DNA of 50,300 nt, taken from contig JBBINL010000001.1 in the NCBI GenBank assembly GCA_037443905.1, positions 1 through 50,300 of the forward strand, written 5' to 3'. This document shows, piece after piece, positions 43,751 to 50,300 of the stretch. This DNA comes from Burkholderiales bacterium (GTDB taxonomy: Bacteria; Pseudomonadota; Gammaproteobacteria; Burkholderiales; Burkholderiaceae_C). The translations under genes were made by a program, and so were the position numbers. The notes below the pieces were generated by a model. The model searched no databases. It saw only the letters and a program-made list of their open reading frames with translations, and was not told where the DNA came from. The stretch's first letter is position 1. Each line of letters begins with the position of its first letter.

Positions 43751-44434
43751 TTAGGCCTCTGCCGGAAATTGCAAGAGAGGCAACAGTTCATTCACACAAT
43801 GTATCGTGGCATTTGCGCCCCATTGGCTGGTGTCCGCCTGCAGCCCGAGGTAGCCATAGGTGACGGCCACAGTGGCCATGCCGGCGGCCTGGCCGGCCAC
43901 AATGTCTCGTTCATCGTCGCCCACATAAACGCAGCGGCAAGCATCCACACCCAAACGGCGGGCAGCCTCGAGCAGAGGTGCCGGGTGTGGTTTGGCGTGG
44001 GGTGTGGTGTCGCCACTGACGATGGCGCTGGCAGACGCAAACAGGCTCATGGCACGCGTCAACGGCAGGGTAAAGCGTTCTGACTTGTTGGTCACCACAC
44101 CCCACTTCAGACTTTGTTTGGCAAAGGTCTTCAACACCTCGGGCACGCCGTCGAAGATCCGGGTGCGCTCGGTCAGGCTGCGCTCGTAGATGCAAAAAAA
44201 TTCTTCGCGCAGGGTGTCGTAATCGACGTGTTCGGGCGTGATGCCAAAGGCCACCGCCAGCAAACCACGGGCTCCGGCACCCGCCATGGGACGATACTGC
44301 GCCAGCGGCAATGAGGGCAGGCCGCGTGCCACCCGCATGGCATCGGCAGCGGCGGCCAGGTCGGGGGCGCTGTCGATCAGTGTGCCGTCCAGATCAAACA
44401 ATACCGCCTGCACATTGGCAAAGCGGGCACTCAC
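43751..44434 (-). CDS. gph: HAD-family phosphatase (phosphoglycolate phosphatase/MupP-like)
   Basis: LFDLDGTLIDS, VVTNK, KPHP, YVGDDERD; GTG start overlaps the ubiG stop. Confidence 0.88.
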   Translation of the reverse strand: MSARFANVQAVLFDLDGTLIDSAPDLAAAADAMRVARGLPSLPLAQYRPMAGAGARGLLAVAFGITPEHVDYDTLREEFFCIYERSLTERTRIFDGVPEVLKTFAKQSLKWGVVTNKSERFTLPLTRAMSLFASASAIVSGDTTPHAKPHPAPLLEAARRLGVDACRCVYVGDDERDIVAGQAAGMATVAVTYGYLGLQADTSQWGANATIHCVNELLPLLQFPAEA

Positions 44435-45153
44435 GCGGACAAGCTCACCGGTTTTTGCGTGGCCAGCAGGTAGTTGACGCTGGTGTTGCCGTTGAGCCAG
44501 TAGCGCTGGGTCAGCGGGTTGAACGACAGGCCGCGTGTGTGCATGACATTCAGGCCGGCCCGGCGACAAAAGCCCGCCAGTTCGCTGGGGCAGATGAATT
44601 TGGCATATTCGTGGGTACCACGCGGCAGCATGCCCAGCACATACTCAGCGCCGATGATGGCCTGCACAAAAGACATGGGGTTGCGGTTGAGCGTGGAGAA
44701 AAAAACCCAGCCGCCAGGCTTGACCAGGGTGGCGCATGCTTGCACCACCGAGGCCGGGTCGGGCACATGCTCCAGCATTTCCATGCAGGTCACCACGTCA
44801 AAAGCAGCGGGCTGCTCCAGCGCCATGGCCTCGGCGCTGATCTCGCGGTATTGCACGTTGTCGGTTTGCGCATCCAGGCAATGCAATTGGGCAATGCGCA
44901 GCGCCTTGGTGGACAGGTCGATGCCGGTGGCAGCGGCGCCGGCGCGGGCCAGGGAGTCGGTCAGGATGCCGCCGCCACATCCGATGTCTATCGCAACTTT
45001 GCCCTGGAGCGGACACAGGCCGTTGATCCAGGTCAGGCGCAAGGGGTTGATTTGGTGCAGCGGACGGAATTCACCGTCGGCATCCCACCAGCGGTGGGCC
45101 AGTTCTGAAAATTTGGCCAGTTCGGCCGGGTCAGCATTGAGAGTAGGGTTCAT
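44431..45153 (-). CDS. ubiG: Ubiquinone biosynthesis O-methyltransferase
   Basis: KFSELAHRWWD, PLHQINPLR, DIGCGGG, CMEMLEHVPDP. Confidence 0.97.
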   Translation of the reverse strand: MNPTLNADPAELAKFSELAHRWWDADGEFRPLHQINPLRLTWINGLCPLQGKVAIDIGCGGGILTDSLARAGAAATGIDLSTKALRIAQLHCLDAQTDNVQYREISAEAMALEQPAAFDVVTCMEMLEHVPDPASVVQACATLVKPGGWVFFSTLNRNPMSFVQAIIGAEYVLGMLPRGTHEYAKFICPSELAGFCRRAGLNVMHTRGLSFNPLTQRYWLNGNTSVNYLLATQKPVSLSA

Positions 45154-45201
45154 ACCCCGATTATCCGGAATTTGGCTTCACCCGCAGGCGCCGCGCCAAA
45201 A

Positions 45202-45230
45202 ACAAAACCCACCGCAAGGGTGGGTTTTGT
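45202..45230 (-). terminator. Intrinsic terminator after the HiPIP gene
   Basis: ACAAAACCCACC-GCAAG-GGTGGGTTTTGT inverted repeat. Confidence 0.85.
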
Positions 45231-45255
45231 GTGCTGGACGAATCCGGTCTGGTGC

Positions 45256-45552
45256 TTAGGCCTTTTTGGCATAGGCGCTGCACCAGCCCTTGGCCGACAC
45301 CTGCTTGCCAGCAAACAGTGGGCAGGGACCAGATGCCTCGCCCGCCTTGCCTTGGTACAGAGCGCAGTTGCCGCAAGCCATACCGGCCTTGTATTTGGCA
45401 TTTTTGGATTTGGTGGCATCTGCCGAATAAGCCAAAGCCTTGGCATTGGCATCGGTCTCGGCCACCATGGGGGCCGCAGCCATTGCCACACCAGAAGCCA
45501 AAGCGCTGGCGCCCAATACGGATTGCATCATGAATACGCGACGTGTTGTCAT
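45256..45552 (-). CDS. High-potential iron-sulfur protein (HiPIP), Tat-exported
   Basis: TRRVFM Tat motif; ALAY; four Cys ligands CGNC..GPCPLF..GWC; AAAGGA SD. Confidence 0.93.
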   Translation of the reverse strand: MTTRRVFMMQSVLGASALASGVAMAAAPMVAETDANAKALAYSADATKSKNAKYKAGMACGNCALYQGKAGEASGPCPLFAGKQVSAKGWCSAYAKKA

Positions 45553-45672
45553 AGCAAAGTTTCCTTTCGAGTTGAAAAAATGGACAGCCTGATCTGCATG
45601 ATTGCGAGTTTAACGCTTGAAGCTGAACAGACAATGAACGAAAACCCTGAATTCCAGCCTTAATTTGGCAGC

Positions 45673-46797
45673 TTAGACATTGATTTCCCTGGCGCTGATC
45701 TGGTACTTGAAGCTGTCCGGGGCATAGGAGTCGAGCCTGCCTGAAGCGGATTCAGCCACCGGATACATGAAAAATGGCAACTTTTTCCCAGTGGCATGCG
45801 GCAGCGTGACATCATGCGCGGTGTTGAAACCCATCCAGTTGCCCTCCCAGCTACCAAACAAAGCCTTGTTCACCGGAACGATCAGCGGGTGCTGGGTCGA
45901 TTTGATCCACTCGGGCGTTTCCTGACGCATCACCTTGGCCACATCCGCCGGATCCATCGCCACCCAACCGTAACCCTGCAAATAAACCTCGGCGCGGCAA
46001 TGTTGCGCACCTTGCAGTTTGACCGGATTGGCACCCAGTTCCTTGTAGCCAAATGCGCTGGGGGCCAGGCGCAGGCCATACACGTCGCGAGCCGGCAAGC
46101 AGACCGAGCGGCACATGCCGACAAACAGCGCGTTCAAATCCGCACACTTGCCGCCCAGGTTGCCCGATTCCAGCATGAACTTGATGTCGCCCTTGCCGCA
46201 GCCGAGCACCTTGGGTTCGCGGTAGGTGTTGGTGACGATCCAGTCATAGATTTTCTGGGCTTTTTCGACATCGGTGCGGGCGCCCTGGGTGGCCTGTTGC
46301 GCCGTTGTGCGCACAATGCCATCGGTAGGCAGCAGTGCGGTGGCAGCAAGGCGTGCCTGCAGCGTGGCGGCTTCTTCAGGCTGGGCCTGCTTTTGCGACC
46401 AGTTGACCGCACGGTTTTGCGTTTGAATGCGACTGGTGAGTTCCACATAGGGTTGCGCCACGCTTTCAGGGAATTCCACATAGAGCATGCGCGCGCCATA
46501 CTCGGTGTCGCTGGTCAATTGCGTCGAGCCGTTGCTGGTGAAGGCGCTGCTCAGCGACTTTTGCCAGTCGCTGTCGATGCCGGGAATCGGCAGCCAGACC
46601 TTGGTGACACCTTGCTGCTTGGTCAAATCGACCCGGGTGGTGACGTCGAAAGTGCGCCATTGGCCAGGTTGTGGCGCAAACTTGCGCTCTGGCACGGCAG
46701 ATTGCGCAAAGCCCATGGCGGGCAGCACCGCTGCGGCAAGGGTCAGAGAAGATTTTTGAATGAATTGGCGACGTGCCAAATCGTGAACGGTGGTCAT
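45673..46797 (-). CDS. Tat-exported transglutaminase-like protein
   Basis: ARRQFI Tat motif; triad motifs GGKCAD, QHCRAE, WVAMDP. Confidence 0.9.
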   Translation of the reverse strand: MTTVHDLARRQFIQKSSLTLAAAVLPAMGFAQSAVPERKFAPQPGQWRTFDVTTRVDLTKQQGVTKVWLPIPGIDSDWQKSLSSAFTSNGSTQLTSDTEYGARMLYVEFPESVAQPYVELTSRIQTQNRAVNWSQKQAQPEEAATLQARLAATALLPTDGIVRTTAQQATQGARTDVEKAQKIYDWIVTNTYREPKVLGCGKGDIKFMLESGNLGGKCADLNALFVGMCRSVCLPARDVYGLRLAPSAFGYKELGANPVKLQGAQHCRAEVYLQGYGWVAMDPADVAKVMRQETPEWIKSTQHPLIVPVNKALFGSWEGNWMGFNTAHDVTLPHATGKKLPFFMYPVAESASGRLDSYAPDSFKYQISAREINV

Positions 46798-46920
46798 GCA
46801 AAGAGCTCCGGAATTGAAACATGAATACCAGCCGGAGGTAGGTAAAGATACCTCCGAGCTGATGCGCGAGGCTGTATTATCGAGGCCAAAGCCGCAGGCG
46901 CTCAGGCGCGCCACGCCACG

Positions 46921-47925
46921 TCATGCAGCGACGTGGCGGGCGAAATCGGCCTTCAGGCTGCTCATGACTTCGGTGCTGAGGCGGTTACCGTATTGGGCGA
47001 CCACGCGGCCTGCACACTGGTTGGCCAGCCAGGCCGCCTGGACATGGCTGTGGCCGTGGGTCACCGCATACAAAAAAGCGCCGGCAAACATGTCACCGGC
47101 GCCATTGGTATCCACAGCCTTGACTTGTGCTGCAGGCACTTCGGTGATGTTGCCGCCTTCAAGCACCAGGCAGCCCTTGGCGCTGCGCGTCAGGCACACG
47201 GTTTTGGCCTGTTGGCGCATCTGCTGGCAGATTTGCGCCAGGTCCGTGCTGCCGCACCACACCTGGGCTTCTTCCTCGTTGCAGAACAGAAAGTCCAGGT
47301 CGCAGCCGACCATGGCATCCAGGCCAGGACGGCAAAAGTTGATCATGCTCATGTCGCTGAGCGTGGTGGCCAGCTTGACGCCCGCCTGGGCGGCAATCGC
47401 CCTGCCCTGCAAGGCGGCGGCAAGCCCGCTGCCTGACGCGGCCAAGTAGCCTTCCATGTAGTAGACGCGGGCCTTGACAATATTGTGCGGGTGCAGCGCG
47501 GTACTGTCGATGTCGGCGGTGGCTCCCAGAAACGTGCTCATGCTGCGTTCGGCGTCGGGGGTCACCATCACCATGCAACTGCCGGTCTGGCCCTCGGGCG
47601 CTTTGGTGTGCGCCAGGTTGGTGGCAACCCCATGCGCGAGCAGGTCTTTTGTGTAAAAGTCGCCCAGTTCGTCATCGGCCACGCGGCACGAGTAAAACGC
47701 GCGCCCGCCCAACTGCGCCAACGCCACCACGGTGTTGCCTGCCGAGCCTCCACCGGTGCGATGTGACTTGACGTTGTGCACATGCTTGAGGAGTTCGGCA
47801 CGGCGTGGCGCATCAATTAGCGTCATGTGGCGTTTTTCAACACCTGCCGCCTGCAACTGGGCATCGGAGACTTCGTATTCGGTATCGACCAGCGCGTTGC
47901 CGATGGCGTAGAGGTGATAGGTCAT
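46921..47925 (-). CDS. PfkB-family kinase (adenosine/inosine kinase-like)
   Basis: IGNALVD, GGSAGN, ERSMSTFLGA, FCNEEE, VDTNGAGDMFAG. Confidence 0.92.
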   Translation of the reverse strand: MTYHLYAIGNALVDTEYEVSDAQLQAAGVEKRHMTLIDAPRRAELLKHVHNVKSHRTGGGSAGNTVVALAQLGGRAFYSCRVADDELGDFYTKDLLAHGVATNLAHTKAPEGQTGSCMVMVTPDAERSMSTFLGATADIDSTALHPHNIVKARVYYMEGYLAASGSGLAAALQGRAIAAQAGVKLATTLSDMSMINFCRPGLDAMVGCDLDFLFCNEEEAQVWCGSTDLAQICQQMRQQAKTVCLTRSAKGCLVLEGGNITEVPAAQVKAVDTNGAGDMFAGAFLYAVTHGHSHVQAAWLANQCAGRVVAQYGNRLSTEVMSSLKADFARHVAA

Positions 47926-47927
47926 GC

Positions 47928-48701
47928 TTACTGTTCCACAAAGGCGCGTTCGACCACAAAGTCTCCCTGCTTGGTGGTGTTGCCTTCCAGGAAACCGCGT
48001 TTTTCCAGAATCGCTTTCAGGTCTTTGAGCAGCGCCGGGCTGCCGCACATCATGGCGCGGTCATTGGCCGGGTCAAATTTGGGCAACCCCAGATCCGCCT
48101 GCAGCTTGCCTGACTCAATCAGGTTGGTGATGCGGCCACGGTTTCTGAACGGTTCGCGTGTCACCGTGGGGTAATACAACATTTGCTGGCTGACCATTTC
48201 ACCCAGAAATTCGTGTTTGGGCAGGTCTACCGTGAGGTAGTCCATGTAGGCCAGCTCGGCCACCTGACGCACACCATGGACCAGAATGACTTTTTCAAAC
48301 TTCTCGTAGGTTTCAGGGTCGCGCACGATGCTCAGAAACGGCGCCAGGCCGGTACCGGTGCCAAACAGGTACAGGTTTTTACCCGGCAGCAGGTAGTCGA
48401 TCAACAGCGTGCCGGTGGGCTTTTTGCCGACCACAATCTTGTCGCCGACCTTGATGTGCTGCAGCCTGGAGGTGAGCGGGCCGTCCTGCACCTTGATGCT
48501 CAAAAACTCCAGATGGTCCTCGTAGTTGGCACTGACGATGCTGTAGGCGCGCAGCAGCGGCTTGCCGTCCACGCGCAACCCGATCATGGTGAAGTGGCCG
48601 TTGGAGAAGCGCAGCGTTTCATCGCGCGTGGTGGTAAAGCTGAACAGCCGGTCAGTCCAGTGGTGGACACTCAAAACGGTTTCATTCAAAAAAGCACTCA
48701 T
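47928..48701 (-). CDS. fpr: Ferredoxin--NADP+ reductase
   Basis: RAYSIVS, GPLTSRL, TGTGLAPF, MCGS, C-terminal ERAFVEQ. Confidence 0.96.
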   Translation of the reverse strand: MSAFLNETVLSVHHWTDRLFSFTTTRDETLRFSNGHFTMIGLRVDGKPLLRAYSIVSANYEDHLEFLSIKVQDGPLTSRLQHIKVGDKIVVGKKPTGTLLIDYLLPGKNLYLFGTGTGLAPFLSIVRDPETYEKFEKVILVHGVRQVAELAYMDYLTVDLPKHEFLGEMVSQQMLYYPTVTREPFRNRGRITNLIESGKLQADLGLPKFDPANDRAMMCGSPALLKDLKAILEKRGFLEGNTTKQGDFVVERAFVEQ

Positions 48702-48734
48702 GGGATCTCGTCTGGTTTGAAAATAAATAGGAAT

Positions 48735-50300
48735 TCAGAATTTGGCTATCACCCAGCCCGGCACGCTGGCCAGAGCCGCTGCCAGATTGGCAGGCTCGGT
48801 GCCGCCGGCCATGGCCAGGTCGGGCTTGCCGCCGCCCTTGCCGCCGACCTGGGCCGCGACAAAGTTGACCAACTCGCCGGCCTTGACGCGGGCGGTCGTG
48901 TCTGCCGTGACGCCTGCGGCGATCTGCACCTTGGCACCGTCGACCACGCCGAGCACGATGACCGCGGTTTTGAGTTTGTCCTTGAGCTTGTCCATCGTCT
49001 CGCGCAGGACCTTGACATCGGCGCCTTCCAGCCGAGCCGCCAGCACCTTGATGCCTTTGACATCCACCGCTCGGTTGACCAGCTCGTCACCCTGGCTTGA
49101 GGCCAGCTTGCCCTTCAGGGCCATGATCTCCTTCTCAAGTTCACGCGCCTGCTCCAGCATGGCGCTGATGCGGGCCGGCACCTCGGCCGGCGTCACACGC
49201 AGTGTGCCAGCCACGCCGCCGAGCGTGGTTTCCATGCCCTGCACGTAGGCCAGGGCGTTCAGGCCGGTGACTGCCTCGATGCGGCGCACGCCAGCGGCCA
49301 CGCCACCCTCGGCAATGATGGTGAAGAAACCGATGTCGCCGGTGCGCTGCACGTGCGTGCCGCCGCAGAGTTCGCGGCTGCTGCCGATGTCGAGCACACG
49401 TACCGTTTCGCCGTATTTCTCGCCAAACAGCATCATCGCGCCGGTTTTCTGGGCGGACTCGATATCCATCACGCGCGCCTGGGTTGGCGTGTTGGTCACG
49501 ATCTCGGCGTTGACCCGCAATTCGATCTCGCGAATCTGCGCGTCGGTAACAGGCGCGTTGTGCGCGAAGTCAAAACGGGTGCGCTCGGCGTTGACCAGGC
49601 TGCCTTTTTGCTGCACGTGGCTGCCCAGCACTTCGCGCAGCGCCTTGTGCATCAGGTGGGTGACGCTGTGGTTGCGCATGGTGGCGGCGCGCACCGTCGT
49701 GCTGACGCGCGCCGCAACATGGTCGCCAACATTCAGCGTGCCCTCGCAAAGGGTGCCGTGGTGGCCGAACACGTCGGCCTTGATCTTCTGCGTGTCGGCC
49801 ACGGCAAAGCGCGCCGAGCCACTGACAATCTCGCCTTCATCGCCCACCTGACCGCCGCTTTCGGCATAAAACGGCGTGGTATCGAGCACCACGACACCGG
49901 CCTGCCCGGCACTCAGTGCTGCCGTCGGTGCACCGTCCAGGTAGAGCGCCACGATTTTTGCCGACGCTTCTTCAAGACGTTCGTAGCCAGTGAAGGTGTT
50001 GCCATTGCCGGTGTAATCAAGCGCGCGGTCCATCCTGAACTTGCCTGCGGCGCGCGCCTGCGCCTTTTGCCGCTCCATGGCGGCATGAAAGCCGGCTTCG
50101 TCCACCGTGACGCCGCGCTCACGGCACACGTCGTTGGTCAGGTCCAGCGGAAAGCCGTAAGTGTCGTGCAGCTTGAAGGCGACCTCACCCGGCAGCACCC
50201 TGGCAGCGCCGTCGACTTGAGCTTCAGCATCGGCGGCGCCCAGCGCGGCATCCAGAATCTCCATGCCGTTTTCAAGGGTCTCGAAGAAGCGCTCTTCCTC
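48735..50300 (-). CDS. alaS: Alanyl-tRNA synthetase, 3' part (start outside window)
   Basis: [21 protein letters not shown], editing HSVTH and ELCGGTH, GGKGGG. Confidence 0.98.
   Translation of the reverse strand, partial: EEERFFETLENGMEILDAALGAADAEAQVDGAARVLPGEVAFKLHDTYGFPLDLTNDVCRERGVTVDEAGFHAAMERQKAQARAAGKFRMDRALDYTGNGNTFTGYERLEEASAKIVALYLDGAPTAALSAGQAGVVVLDTTPFYAESGGQVGDEGEIVSGSARFAVADTQKIKADVFGHHGTLCEGTLNVGDHVAARVSTTVRAATMRNHSVTHLMHKALREVLGSHVQQKGSLVNAERTRFDFAHNAPVTDAQIREIELRVNAEIVTNTPTQARVMDIESAQKTGAMMLFGEKYGETVRVLDIGSSRELCGGTHVQRTGDIGFFTIIAEGGVAAGVRRIEAVTGLNALAYVQGMETTLGGVAGTLRVTPAEVPARISAMLEQARELEKEIMALKGKLASSQGDELVNRAVDVKGIKVLAARLEGADVKVLRETMDKLKDKLKTAVIVLGVVDGAKVQIAAGVTADTTARVKAGELVNFVAAQVGGKGGGKPDLAMAGGTEPANLAAALASVPGWVIAKF

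Noticed and set aside
50200-50250. Short Ala-rich stretch in AlaS ([13 protein letters not shown])
   Set aside because: Lies in a loop before LPGEVAFKL that I recall as length-variable; unremarkable.

Overview
GC-rich betaproteobacterial chromosome segment. Comamonadaceae/Rhodoferax-like is my inference from protein style, gene order and the tmRNA tag ANDERFALAA. Most of the window is core housekeeping DNA: hrcA/nadK-recN-rapZ, mutM-mutY, TPR-lolB-ispE-tRNA-Gln-prs-rplY-pth, coaD-rsmD, an M16 peptidase pair, ftsY, pilC-pilD-coaE-zapD-yacG, mutT-argJ-secA-dciA, ssrA, gph-ubiG, fpr and alaS. Two accessory-looking patches lie downstream of stable-RNA genes. (i) After tRNA-Ile2: TerC and USP genes, then a type I dehydroquinase (aroD) broken by one in-frame TAA. 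(ii) After tmRNA, ~33.8-43.3 kb: a LysR-regulated ydcSTUV-patD-like polyamine/aminoaldehyde module, a truncated SRAP (YedK/HMCES) gene and an orphan TonB/TolA-like protein with a long EAARQ-type repeat. I found no CRISPR array, intact integrase, transposase or defence system, and cannot claim a clearly new biological system. The best leads are the orphan TonB/TolA hybrid, the ssrA-adjacent islet and the adjacent Tat-exported HiPIP and transglutaminase-like genes. Family calls come from motif recognition by eye; no database search was run.
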